Shown here piece by piece: positions 20,347-30,141 of a DNA stretch of 64,000 nucleotides (position 1 is the stretch's first letter; each line of letters starts with the position of its first letter). Position numbers and translations under genes: made by a program. The notes below the pieces were generated by a model. It did no database searches. It was not told the origin of the DNA and was given only the letters and a program-made list of their open reading frames with translations. The DNA is from an uncultured Gammaproteobacteria bacterium (GTDB taxonomy: Bacteria; Patescibacteriota; Microgenomatia; UBA10105; UBA927). Location: the NCBI GenBank assembly GCA_964596355.1, contig CAZQTD010000004.1, forward strand, positions 1,183 through 65,182. The letters are read 5' to 3'.

Positions 20347-20996
20347 ACATAGTCGCGAGCGTGAAACGGTTTTTCATCAGCAACGATTGTTGTTTCCCCA
20401 TGCCCAGGGTAGAGCACAGTGTCACCATCAAACGAAAGTATCGTTTCAAGCGAAGCCATAAGATTATGCGTGTTGGAATAGTGAAAATCCGTTCTGCCCA
20501 CGCCGCCATTAGCAAATATTGTATCGCCGACAAACAGTGCGTTTTGCCCGCCCAGCACAAGACAGACGCTTCCCGGCGTATGACCCGGAGTATGCATCAC
20601 GGTTAACGAAATGCCTCCGTACAAAAGCACTTCCTGATCGACAATCGTCTTTGATATGCGCGGAGGCGGATCCGATACGCGTAATCCCAAAAAGCGTTCT
20701 GCCGACTCAACTAACCGCGCAACAAGAAACGCATCATCGCGGTGAATGAGAAACGGTATATCAAACGTACGCTGCAACTCAAATGCCGCCATGATATGAT
20801 CAAAATGGCCGTGTGTTGCCACAAGTACGACAGGCGTAAATCCCAAGAGACGCAGCTTATCAACAATAAATTGCGCGTCATCGCCCGGATCAATCACGAT
20901 CGCCTGACCTGTTTGTTTGTTCCCCACAAGATAGCAATTGGCAGCCATCTGTCCGACCGGAAGTTGTAAAATGGTTATAGACGTCATGCGTATCAT
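20343..20996 (-). CDS. Metallo-beta-lactamase-fold hydrolase (glyoxalase II/YcbL-like)
   Basis: THGHFDH, HTPGHTPG, GDTIF, GRTD, PGHG. Confidence 0.9.
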   Translation of the reverse strand: MIRMTSITILQLPVGQMAANCYLVGNKQTGQAIVIDPGDDAQFIVDKLRLLGFTPVVLVATHGHFDHIMAAFELQRTFDIPFLIHRDDAFLVARLVESAERFLGLRVSDPPPRISKTIVDQEVLLYGGISLTVMHTPGHTPGSVCLVLGGQNALFVGDTIFANGGVGRTDFHYSNTHNLMASLETILSFDGDTVLYPGHGETTIVADEKPFHARDYV

Positions 20997-22201
20997 ATAA
21001 GCGATAATACCTGTTCGGCTTGGCGCCGCATAATTTTTGTTGGAAGGTTGATGATGTGCGCTGCTTTTTTCTCCGCATTGGGACAACTGCCTTCAACGTA
21101 TCCGACAGCCCGTTTATCCGTTCTCTCCGGATCAATGACACAATGGTACCAATTGCCGAAGAGAATCCCTTTTTTCTTAGCTTGCGCAACAACTCGCTTG
21201 GGATCACTAACGCATACTGGAAACCGAAGGTAAATTGCTCCATCTTCCTCTGCTGGCTTGCCGCCGCGGTATATTTTGGCAACTGTTTTTCTTATCTGAT
21301 TATATGATTCCAGTTTCCTCAACTGGTTGACAAGAAGTGCAGCGAGCGCATTGGGGTATTTCTTCGGAAACTCATCGGGCTTTTTGCCCTGTGTTTCTTC
21401 TGTGTAAACCGGTAGAGACAACAATTTAATGCGCTGTAAAAAAACCAGCATGACTTTGCCGATTCCAAGAGTATAGAGCGGAAGAATGATGGAAAATGCA
21501 ATCGGGTGGAGAAGCTGCTGCATAATCCAAAATACCGAGGGGTATGGAAGATCATTGTGATACTCCTTTAATCGGGAGGTGTGACTCTCAAGTTTCGATT
21601 GAATAATCGCCATTCCTCCAAAGACGCTCGAAATGACCTTGTCTCTGCCAAAGCTAAAAAATGCCGCGTCGCCGAATGTGCCAACGAGTTTGCCTCTATA
21701 TCTTGCACCAAGCGCGTGAGCGCAATCTTCAATAAGAATAAGATTGTGTCTGCGGACAAAACGAACGAGCGCCTCCATGTTTGCCGGCACGCCAAACGTG
21801 TGCTGAACGATAAGCGCTTTGGTCTTGCTTGATACTTTTTTGGCGGCGTCTATTGGATCCATATTGAGTGTTTCATCTATATCAACGTAAACAGGCGTCG
21901 CGCCCGCCCACAAAACGCTATTTGGGACAGCAACGCACGTAAAAGCCTGAATGAGAACTTCATCACCTCTGCCAATAGTAAATGCTTTGAGGATAGCCAA
22001 CAGTGCGCTTCTACCGCTGTTAAAAGAAACTGCTGTGGCGGTGTCAAACCGCTTGCGGAACCATGACTCAACGTGGCGAACATGTTTTCCCCTTTTCCAT
22101 TCCCACGGTTTGCCTAGTATGCCAAGTGCCGTTATAACGTCGTCTCCCGTGGTGTTGGGCGATAACGAAGCAGAGATAACAGTGCGAAAACTACCGATCA
22201 T
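20993..22201 (-). CDS. DegT/DnrJ/EryC1/StrS-family PLP-dependent enzyme
   Basis: NSGRSAL, FTCVAVP, IEDCAH, FSFGRDK (PLP Lys), INLP; internal hydrophobic insert. Confidence 0.88.
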   Translation of the reverse strand: MIGSFRTVISASLSPNTTGDDVITALGILGKPWEWKRGKHVRHVESWFRKRFDTATAVSFNSGRSALLAILKAFTIGRGDEVLIQAFTCVAVPNSVLWAGATPVYVDIDETLNMDPIDAAKKVSSKTKALIVQHTFGVPANMEALVRFVRRHNLILIEDCAHALGARYRGKLVGTFGDAAFFSFGRDKVISSVFGGMAIIQSKLESHTSRLKEYHNDLPYPSVFWIMQQLLHPIAFSIILPLYTLGIGKVMLVFLQRIKLLSLPVYTEETQGKKPDEFPKKYPNALAALLVNQLRKLESYNQIRKTVAKIYRGGKPAEEDGAIYLRFPVCVSDPKRVVAQAKKKGILFGNWYHCVIDPERTDKRAVGYVEGSCPNAEKKAAHIINLPTKIMRRQAEQVLSLI

Positions 22202-23661
22202 AATCGTCTCAACAGCATCAGTGCCGCCTCCGCTTCTTTTCCTTTAAATAATATGGTATCTCCTTTTCGAGCCGTCATGGTGACAAATCGCGCAGTTTCC
22301 TGCGGTGATAAAACGTACGCGCGCTTGTTTGCGTCAAAGCGCGCAACACCTTCCGCGAAATGTTCGTACCAGTTGGCATTGGTAAGAATAATGTCATCGC
22401 ATACCCGCGCTGCAAGTTCACCCACTTCTCTGTGGCTTGCCGGAGCAAAAGATCCAAGTTCAATCATCGGTTGAAACACGAGGATTTTTTTGCCTTTCAT
22501 GGTTGCCAGGTATCGGATCGCCGCCTTGGCCGCGTCTGGGTTGTTGTTGCACGTATCGTCAATAAGAAGCGCTCCGCCTTCCATGACCATCGGCGTCATG
22601 GTTTTGGGAAGAGGTTTAATCGTGCTGGCTGCCTGACATGCATCGGCAAAATCCATACCCGCGGCAACTGCCGCGGCAATAGCAGCGGTGATATTGCCTG
22701 CAAAGTGCTCACCGATAATTGGCACGGTGACTTTTTGAGATCTGCCGTTCCACGAAAGGGTAAATTTCACGGTTCCCCCCTTTTGGGTGATGTCGCGCGC
22801 ACGAAACGCCACTTTGCCCGATACTGTTTTGGCAACGGCGTAGGACCAAACATCGCATCCCTCTTTTGTTGACCACGCAGCAAGCTCCCTTGTATGCTTA
22901 TTGTCAACGGCAACAATCGCGATGCGCTTGCCTCTCAATCCGTGCAGGAGCTCATATTTTGCCCTTTTCGTGCGCTCCATGGATCCAAACAAATCCTGAT
23001 GCTGGGGATTAATGCCTGTCACGATGCCGATATCTGGACGCACCATATCGGTCATGCGCGCGATTTCACCGATCGTATATGCTCCCATTTCCACAATAAA
23101 CACCTGCGTTTCCGGCGTCATTTGACGAAGAACAACTTCAGCAATGCCAATGGGAGAGTTTTTACTTGCTTCTGTGGCAACGACACGAAATTGTTTAGAC
23201 AAAATACACGAAAGAAATTCTTTCGTTGACGTCTTACCAAAACTTCCGGTTATGCCGATAACACGCATCGGTGTATGACGTCGAAGTATCCTCACAGCTT
23301 TTCTAATGAGAATCTCGTGATAGAGGAATGTGGGCACAGATGTAAGAATGACGAAGAGCGCCGTCACGCCGAAAGACACCACATCGAGAACTGCGAGCTT
23401 AACCAGAGGATGGACGGGCAATGCGACGTACACAATGCCCAGAAGCGCAATCGACGCGACAGTCACACCGAACGTCTTGGGCGTTAACGGCGGGGTTTTC
23501 CATGGAATAAAAAGTATCTGCCTCCCTTGCGTCGTACCAAGATGAATCATCATTCTGTCTATCCTGTATTCTTTGATGCGCCATAGACGTACGTAGCTTA
23601 CGACATTTGCGACAATCCGCACCATCCAAAGAACAGAGAGGCTACGTATTAGTGGTGTCAT
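22198..23661 (-). CDS. murF: MurF-type Mur ligase with N-terminal membrane segments
   Basis: GITGSFGKTSTKE P-loop, EMGA, DDTCNNNP, MIELG; hydrophobic N-terminal ~115 aa. Confidence 0.85.
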   Translation of the reverse strand: MTPLIRSLSVLWMVRIVANVVSYVRLWRIKEYRIDRMMIHLGTTQGRQILFIPWKTPPLTPKTFGVTVASIALLGIVYVALPVHPLVKLAVLDVVSFGVTALFVILTSVPTFLYHEILIRKAVRILRRHTPMRVIGITGSFGKTSTKEFLSCILSKQFRVVATEASKNSPIGIAEVVLRQMTPETQVFIVEMGAYTIGEIARMTDMVRPDIGIVTGINPQHQDLFGSMERTKRAKYELLHGLRGKRIAIVAVDNKHTRELAAWSTKEGCDVWSYAVAKTVSGKVAFRARDITQKGGTVKFTLSWNGRSQKVTVPIIGEHFAGNITAAIAAAVAAGMDFADACQAASTIKPLPKTMTPMVMEGGALLIDDTCNNNPDAAKAAIRYLATMKGKKILVFQPMIELGSFAPASHREVGELAARVCDDIILTNANWYEHFAEGVARFDANKRAYVLSPQETARFVTMTARKGDTILFKGKEAEAALMLLRRL

Positions 23662-24380
23662 ATAGACGAAATAAACGGCAAGACGTGCGAAACGAACGCC
23701 TTGGCATGCGTAAACGGAAATCCGTGACCAACATCAGGAACAGCTTGAAGCGATGCGTGGGGCATGACATCTTTCATCTTCTTCGCAATAGATACCGGTG
23801 TAATTGCGTCTCGTTCTCCCCATAGAAGAAGAGTCGGCGCGCGATTTTCTTTCATGCTAACAACAAGCTCTTCTTTCACAATGTTTTTGAACGTCTCACG
23901 CATCGTCCCCTGCGCGCGATAAAATTCTCGCGCGCCGACTATACAGTAATACCATCGTCTGATCGCATCGCGCATGAGGCTTAATGGATAAATTGAGCAT
24001 ATGACGTTGCCTATTTTGGCAATCCCGATAAAAATGACACGTTTGCTTCGCGCTACCGGCGTGAATCCCGGCGTTCCGGTGAGAATAAGCGCGCGTACGC
24101 CGTCTGGATGAAGCGCGGCGTATTTAAGCGCCACTCTTCCGCCAAATGAATGTCCAACGAGGATAGGACGCTGTATAGTCTTCTTGTGAATGTAGTCGTG
24201 AAGAAAATCGGCGTAATCCGCCAAGTGAAGCGGCCGCTTCGGCAGTGCCGATTTTCCAAACCCCGGCAAATCCGGCGCCCACGCAGAGTACCCTCGATTA
24301 TGAAACGCGCGAACAAGTGGAGCAAACGTCTGCCCGGACAAACCCCACCCATGAAGGATGATAATCGACGGCATGTTCAC
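23658..24380 (-). CDS. Alpha/beta-fold hydrolase
   Basis: LHGWG, DLPGFG, GHSFGG nucleophile elbow, WGERD, GH triad residues. Confidence 0.92.
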   Translation of the reverse strand: MNMPSIIILHGWGLSGQTFAPLVRAFHNRGYSAWAPDLPGFGKSALPKRPLHLADYADFLHDYIHKKTIQRPILVGHSFGGRVALKYAALHPDGVRALILTGTPGFTPVARSKRVIFIGIAKIGNVICSIYPLSLMRDAIRRWYYCIVGAREFYRAQGTMRETFKNIVKEELVVSMKENRAPTLLLWGERDAITPVSIAKKMKDVMPHASLQAVPDVGHGFPFTHAKAFVSHVLPFISSI

Positions 24381-25690
24381 AATTGTTTCTTAAATACATC
24401 TCTATCCGGAAGAACCGCACGAAGATTCTTTGACACAGAATACGTTCGCTTGTCCGTAACAAAACATTCATCCGCAATGTCCTGATGAATTGTAACGCCC
24501 GCGCCGATAAACGTCCGACTGCCGATTTTAACGCCGGGCATGATGCTCGCATTCACGCCGATGCGCACGTCACGACCGATAACCGCGCCGAGTTTATGTC
24601 GAAACGTCTCAACTGTTTGTTCATTCACGCGCGAAGTAATAGCTCCTTCATCCAGCCGCAGATTCGCCAACACTGATCCGGCGCCTAGGCTTACGTTTTT
24701 CTCTATGACGCTGTCGCCGATATAATTGGAGTGAAACCAGCAGTTATCGCCCACGTAACTTCTGGTTATATCTGTGCTAAATCCGGTAACGCACTGTTTC
24801 CCTATGTGGCTTGCCCGAATGAGATTGTTGTTGCCGATGATCGATCCCTCGCCGATGAAGCAGGGGCCAGTAATCTTCGTATGTTCCATGATGCGCACAT
24901 TATCTTCTATCACGACATCACCTTCGATTGTGACGCCATCACCAATGACGACGTTTTTACCTTTTCGATTTTTATAACCGTCAAGCAGCTGATCCATGCA
25001 CGGAAGCACGTCCCAAGGATATTTGAGTGTCGCATACGCGCCCTCATAGGGAACCATTTCAAAATCCTGATGTTTCATAAGCGCACTTAACGCTTTTTCG
25101 TACACATCATCGTGTTCGCTTTTTGTTAAAGCAATCTGCGCAAGCAATGTATCAGCATCTGCAATATAGTGACCGGTGATGGCAACGTAAGGACTGGGCT
25201 CTGTGCCGGGAGGGGGTTTTTCTATAATGCCGGATATGCGTGTCCCGCTGGTGACAAAGTATCCGCCATGAAATGCGTGCGGCGCTTTCCACCCGGGCAG
25301 CACGCCAAAAGCGCGGCTGGTGTTCGCTTTTGCTAGAATCTCGTCAAAAAGTGATCCATCAACCAAGTCGTCTGCGATGAAAATAAGCAAACGACTACCG
25401 TGAATTTCCTCTGCGGCGCTCAACAGCGCGTCTGCCATGCCGAGCGCATTTCGCTGAAGAACGGTCACTGCTCGCACTGGAAACGATATCTCCTTGATCG
25501 TCTCTCTGTTTTCCGCATTGGCAACGACCACAACTTTTGAAACTTCTCGAGGCAATGTGTGAACAACAGAGTGCGCAATAAAAGGAGTGCCGAAGAATGG
25601 AAAAAGAATTTTGTTGGTCGTAAGGGGCCAAAACCTGCGCCCCACGCCGCCTGCCAGAACAACGGCTACAAGATGTTTTTGAACCATCAT
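24377..25690 (-). CDS. Bifunctional sugar-1-phosphate nucleotidyltransferase/acetyltransferase (archaeal-type GlmU-like)
   Basis: LAGGVGRRFWP, IIEKP, YPWD, C-terminal hexapeptide repeats with ANLRLD..KLGAVIG; adjacent to murA. Confidence 0.85.
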   Translation of the reverse strand: MMVQKHLVAVVLAGGVGRRFWPLTTNKILFPFFGTPFIAHSVVHTLPREVSKVVVVANAENRETIKEISFPVRAVTVLQRNALGMADALLSAAEEIHGSRLLIFIADDLVDGSLFDEILAKANTSRAFGVLPGWKAPHAFHGGYFVTSGTRISGIIEKPPPGTEPSPYVAITGHYIADADTLLAQIALTKSEHDDVYEKALSALMKHQDFEMVPYEGAYATLKYPWDVLPCMDQLLDGYKNRKGKNVVIGDGVTIEGDVVIEDNVRIMEHTKITGPCFIGEGSIIGNNNLIRASHIGKQCVTGFSTDITRSYVGDNCWFHSNYIGDSVIEKNVSLGAGSVLANLRLDEGAITSRVNEQTVETFRHKLGAVIGRDVRIGVNASIMPGVKIGSRTFIGAGVTIHQDIADECFVTDKRTYSVSKNLRAVLPDRDVFKKQL

Positions 25691-27018
25691 TCCTCCTTTA
25701 CTCGCGTAATCATCGCCCCAAGACTGCGCAACCGTTCTTCTATTTTCTCATATCCTCTATCAACTTGCTCGGCGCCGGAAACGTAACTTTCTCCTTCAGC
25801 AACAATGGCTGCAAGTACCAGCGTTGCGCCTGCGCGCAAATCGTCAATAGAAAGCACTGCGTTGTGGAGCTTGGTGGGACCCGCGATGCGAATTCCTTGA
25901 TGGTATCCCTGCACGCGGTCGCTCCAGTTAAAGTTATAAAACTCTTCAGGATTATCCACCTGCGGATCAAAAAATTCTATCGCCGCACCCATTTTCCGCA
26001 GTTCAGATACGTATGAAAACCTTCGTTCAAATATCGTTTCGTGGATCGTCGACACGCCGTCAGCCTGTGTCATCAAAAGCGCCCACGGCGCCTGCCAATC
26101 AGTCATGAATCCCGGATGAGGTCCGGTAGTTATATCGGTCGCCTTAAACGCTGTCTCCCTGCGATATGCCGTGATGTCAGGACCCAATTCTTCATACACT
26201 CCTCCTGCTTTCGCAAATGCCGCAAGAAAAGAAGCCAAGTGCATACGCTGCGACGAGCGAATCACGATGTTGCCGCCAGTCACCGCTGCCGCGACGGCAA
26301 ATGTCACTTCTTCGTTTCGATCCGGCATCACAGAATACTCGGTCCCGTGGAGAAAACGAACACCCTCAACTGCGATTTCCCGAGGTCCTGTACGACGAAT
26401 GCGCGCGCCCATCTGATTAAGAAGCGAAATAAGCGCATCCACCTCTACTTCTGCTGCCGCGTTATGAATGATAGTTGTCTCTTCGGCAAGCGCAGCTGCG
26501 AGGAGAATCGTTTCTGTGCCAGTGTGGGTATTTTTGGGGAATGTAATTGTCGTTCCTCGAAGCTTGTCGGCTTTCGCATGAAAAAAACCGTCTTCGGAAT
26601 GGTACGATATATCCACGCCCATTTGCTTGAGGGCTTCCACAGATCGATCGATCGGGCGAGCGCCCAGCCTGCACCCTCCGGGATTAGGAATAATCGCTTT
26701 GTGGTACCGCGCAAGAAGCGGCCCCAATACCATCGCGCTCGTGCGAAGCCGAGAACCAGCTTCAAGAGGAACGTTGATATTAGATATATTCTTGTTTTTA
26801 ACTCGTACCGTGTTCCCGTCAAACTCATGCGTCACACCCAAATGCCCCAAAACTTCAAGCATCGAAGTGACGTCTTTGAGGATGGGGACGTTGTGAATAA
26901 TAAGCTCTTCATCGGTCAATAGACTTGCAACGAGGACCTTAAGAGCCACATTTTTTGCTCCCCTTACGGCGACCTCTCCTGCCAGCGGTGTGCCGCCGGT
27001 GATAATAAAACTATCCAT
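25687..27018 (-). CDS. murA: UDP-GlcNAc 1-carboxyvinyltransferase
   Basis: GAKN, PGGCRLGARP (active-site Cys), HPGFMTD, DLRAGA, DRGYE. Confidence 0.97.
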   Translation of the reverse strand: MDSFIITGGTPLAGEVAVRGAKNVALKVLVASLLTDEELIIHNVPILKDVTSMLEVLGHLGVTHEFDGNTVRVKNKNISNINVPLEAGSRLRTSAMVLGPLLARYHKAIIPNPGGCRLGARPIDRSVEALKQMGVDISYHSEDGFFHAKADKLRGTTITFPKNTHTGTETILLAAALAEETTIIHNAAAEVEVDALISLLNQMGARIRRTGPREIAVEGVRFLHGTEYSVMPDRNEEVTFAVAAAVTGGNIVIRSSQRMHLASFLAAFAKAGGVYEELGPDITAYRRETAFKATDITTGPHPGFMTDWQAPWALLMTQADGVSTIHETIFERRFSYVSELRKMGAAIEFFDPQVDNPEEFYNFNWSDRVQGYHQGIRIAGPTKLHNAVLSIDDLRAGATLVLAAIVAEGESYVSGAEQVDRGYEKIEERLRSLGAMITRVKEE

Positions 27019-27024
27019 ACAACG

Positions 27025-28005
27025 CTAAAACTCTCCAACACGGACGATTTCTTCTACAAGTGTTACGCCGAATTGACGCTTTACTTGATCCTTGGCTCTT
27101 TCCAGTAATTCTACCACATCGCGAGCCGTCGCTTTACCGCGGTTGACGATGAAGTTAGCGTGAACGGGAGATATCTGGGCGTCACCGACTGCTGTTCCCT
27201 TAAGCCCGGCTTTATCGATTAGAAATCCCGCGGACGTCGTATAATCAGGAGTAGCAGCGCGTATTGCCTCTGGGAGCGAAATGTTACGAAACGCGCACCC
27301 CGCCGACAGTACCCCCTGGGGCTGGGTTTCCCGCCGATAGTGAATGCTTTCATTTGCTATCTGCCATAATCGTTCTTTAGAATCCGCTCGCAGCGCAAAT
27401 ACAACGCGCAAAACAATATCGCCGGAAGTCTGAATCGTACTCGTATCATAGCCAAACGTGAAGTACGATTGGGGCACCAATTTCCGCTCATTTGACGGTG
27501 TCAAAACCTCCGCTTGGTAGATTGCGTCTCCGACGTACCCCTCGGGGTGTGTCCATTTCGAATTCATGTACACGGCACCGCCGACAGAACCAGGAAGCCC
27601 CAGATGCATCTCAAGGCCGGCAAGCCCCTCATCGAGCGTGAAGCGAACGAGTCTATTCATGAGTACTCCGGAATCGGAAACAACGAACACCAAACGCTTC
27701 GAAGTTCCCCTTGCGACCTGGCCTTTTACCCCCTGAACGCTAATTGCCCGTGTGCTGTTTTTGATGACCAGTCCCCGCACGCCGTTGTCCCCGATAAGAA
27801 CGTTCGTCCCTCCGCCAAGGATAACAATCGGCGCCTTCGCTTTCCTTCCTTCCACTATAGCCTTGACAAGTTCTTCAACTGTCGTTGCCTCAAAAAAGTA
27901 ATCCGCCGGTCCGCCGATCTTATACGTCGTGTAGCGGGCAAGCGGCTCATGTTCTTTCAGCCTGCTGCCAAGCGCGCGTTGTAGTTGTGGATATCTTTTG
28001 TTCAT
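27025..28005 (-). CDS. murB: UDP-N-acetylenolpyruvoylglucosamine reductase
   Basis: TTYKIGGPA, GGGTN, PGSVGGAVYMN, SAGCAFRN, HANFIVN. Confidence 0.96.
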   Translation of the reverse strand: MNKRYPQLQRALGSRLKEHEPLARYTTYKIGGPADYFFEATTVEELVKAIVEGRKAKAPIVILGGGTNVLIGDNGVRGLVIKNSTRAISVQGVKGQVARGTSKRLVFVVSDSGVLMNRLVRFTLDEGLAGLEMHLGLPGSVGGAVYMNSKWTHPEGYVGDAIYQAEVLTPSNERKLVPQSYFTFGYDTSTIQTSGDIVLRVVFALRADSKERLWQIANESIHYRRETQPQGVLSAGCAFRNISLPEAIRAATPDYTTSAGFLIDKAGLKGTAVGDAQISPVHANFIVNRGKATARDVVELLERAKDQVKRQFGVTLVEEIVRVGEF

Positions 28006-29423
28006 TGATTCTCCTTCACAAACGTTCTACTCCATGCGTAAATATCGCCTGCGCCCATATAGATAATCACGTCTCCGGAACGCATAATTTTTCGAAGGTA
28101 TGAGGCAACATCCTCGTACGCTGGCGTATACAAAACATTCGAATGGTGCTTCTTCACTTCCATGGTAAGTGTTTTTCCGGTAATTCCCAGCGTGTCTGAT
28201 TCGCGCTTCGACGCATAAATATCAGTAAGGAGCACGATATTTGCTTCGCCGAATGCGAACGAAAACTCATTCATAAGTGCGTGCGTTCGCGAATACGTGT
28301 GTGGCTGAAATACAACGATCAGTCGGCTGTTGGGATACCATGCGCGCGCCGCCGTTGTTGTCGCGAGAATTTCTTTTGGGTGATGCGCGTAATCGTCGTA
28401 CACTGCTACTCCCCTAATTGTTCCAATTTTTTCAAACCGTCTCTTGGTGCCGCCAAATGCAGCAAGCCCCCTGCCAATGACTTCCCACGACAACCCTAAC
28501 GAAAAGCACCCGATTGCCGCGGCCGTCGCGTTTAACACATTATGCTTCCCCGGAATTTTCAGAAAAAACTCTGTCACAGCCATACCGGAGCGATCCAGTT
28601 GAAATACCGTGCGCTCGCGCCCAAACTCCACGCGTGAAATACGGTAATCTGCCTGCGATGATGTGCCGTACGTGATAACGGTATTGCCCTTGGAAGAACG
28701 AATTATGTGCTGACTTGCCGGATCATCGGCATTGACTATCGTAACACGGAGTCCCTTCTGTTGACGTACGAACGCGGCAAACGCCTTCTGGACGTCCTTG
28801 AGACTCCCATAGACGTCAGGGTGATCGTAGTCAACGTTAGTAACAACTGCAATCTCCGGTTTTTGCCACAAAAATCTTGGAGTAGCATCGTGCGTCGGAT
28901 CAGTGACATACTCGTCTGCTTCAGCGACAAACCACTGCCCGCTCCCATTGTGCCCGGGAAGTCCCAGACCTGAAATTTGTCCGCATCCGACGGCGTACGA
29001 CGGATCATGACCAGCGGTTTTCAGCATGGTTGCGATCATCGCAGTCGTTGTTGTCTTTCCGTGACAGCCGGCTACAGAAATCTGGCGTTTCCCAGCCATA
29101 GCCATTCCCAAAGCCTTGCCATGTGGCAAAACAGGAATGCCTTGAGCTATAGCTGTTTGAACTTCCGGATTATCCATTCCGCCGTGCGCGCCTGTGTAAA
29201 TAACAAGCTGCGGGTGTGCGTCCGTTATTCGCGCGGCATCAAATCCTGTTGACACGGAAATACCCGCGGTTGCCAAAACTTCGTCGCTGGGAAACTCCTC
29301 CTCAACGTCCGTTCCTGATACTACAAACCCCGCCTCCTTGCACCATACGGCAAGCGCCGCCATGGCGATACCTTTCATGCCGACAAAATGGATGCGGCGT
29401 ACAGATTTGCCAAATGCATTCAT
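28002..29423 (-). CDS. murC: UDP-MurNAc--L-alanine ligase
   Basis: IHFVGMKG, GCHGKTTT, EADEY, DDYAHHP, FQPHTYSRT. Confidence 0.96.
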   Translation of the reverse strand: MNAFGKSVRRIHFVGMKGIAMAALAVWCKEAGFVVSGTDVEEEFPSDEVLATAGISVSTGFDAARITDAHPQLVIYTGAHGGMDNPEVQTAIAQGIPVLPHGKALGMAMAGKRQISVAGCHGKTTTTAMIATMLKTAGHDPSYAVGCGQISGLGLPGHNGSGQWFVAEADEYVTDPTHDATPRFLWQKPEIAVVTNVDYDHPDVYGSLKDVQKAFAAFVRQQKGLRVTIVNADDPASQHIIRSSKGNTVITYGTSSQADYRISRVEFGRERTVFQLDRSGMAVTEFFLKIPGKHNVLNATAAAIGCFSLGLSWEVIGRGLAAFGGTKRRFEKIGTIRGVAVYDDYAHHPKEILATTTAARAWYPNSRLIVVFQPHTYSRTHALMNEFSFAFGEANIVLLTDIYASKRESDTLGITGKTLTMEVKKHHSNVLYTPAYEDVASYLRKIMRSGDVIIYMGAGDIYAWSRTFVKENQ

Positions 29424-29430
29424 ACGTATT

Positions 29431-30141
29431 CTATGACGCAAACCCAATGATTCCCATTATTTTGCCAAAATGTTCCCGCGCGTCTTTGCGAAACGAAAAA
29501 AATGTCTCTGCCTGACACGATGTGCATTTAACCGGCGCATCAATGTGATCGTCAGGCACGCCAAGCGTTTTAAGCTGTACCAGCACAGCATATCCTAAAT
29601 CCAGATGCCATTTCTTGCCGATCTTCGCGGCAATCTTCGGATCGCGGCCAAAGACCTTCTGAAACGCCGCCGCGCGCTTTGCCGGCACATCATAACAGCA
29701 CATGCCGATATGCGGGCCAATCGACACATAGACATCACGCATTCGCCCGCCGTTGTCTTCCACTGAAGCCGCCACAGTCCTCAATATATTGTTAAGCGTT
29801 CCTTTCCATCCCGCGTGGACTGAAGCAATAATGTTGACCTTAGAATTCACAAGAAGGAGAGGAACGCAATCCGCGGCAAATACGGCGAGCACAGGGTTTG
29901 CTCCGTGGGTTTTTTTATACATAAGCCCATCGCAGTTTTTCACTTCACCGCGCTCGTTGCCGACAAGCTCAACAACTGTCGTTCCGTGAACTTGCTCTGG
30001 CCACACAAGCGAACCAACGTCAGCGCCTATCCGGCGAACGAATCCCTCTCTGGCACTTGTCAACCGCATATCTCCATCAGTTCGATCAGAATATCCATGG
30101 ACAATTCCGCCAATTACTGAAAGGAGTTTTGATTGATGCAT
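29431..30141 (-). CDS. pgeF: PgeF/YfiH peptidoglycan editing factor
   Basis: QVHG, ADCVP, HAGWKG, IGPHI, CT...FFSFR. Confidence 0.9.
   Translation of the reverse strand: MHQSKLLSVIGGIVHGYSDRTDGDMRLTSAREGFVRRIGADVGSLVWPEQVHGTTVVELVGNERGEVKNCDGLMYKKTHGANPVLAVFAADCVPLLLVNSKVNIIASVHAGWKGTLNNILRTVAASVEDNGGRMRDVYVSIGPHIGMCCYDVPAKRAAAFQKVFGRDPKIAAKIGKKWHLDLGYAVLVQLKTLGVPDDHIDAPVKCTSCQAETFFSFRKDAREHFGKIMGIIGFAS

Noticed and set aside
20655-20680. GGAGGCGGATCCG resembling the glyQS palindromic element
   Set aside because: Only a partial match; it encodes an ordinary SDPPP segment with no sign of insertion.
20343-20996. MBL-fold gene as a beta-lactamase resistance gene
   Set aside because: No signal peptide; motifs fit cytoplasmic glyoxalase II/YcbL-like hydrolases.
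26041-26922. 293-aa plus-strand ORF
   Set aside because: Entirely antisense to murA; Arg/Cys/His-rich composition typical of shadow frames.
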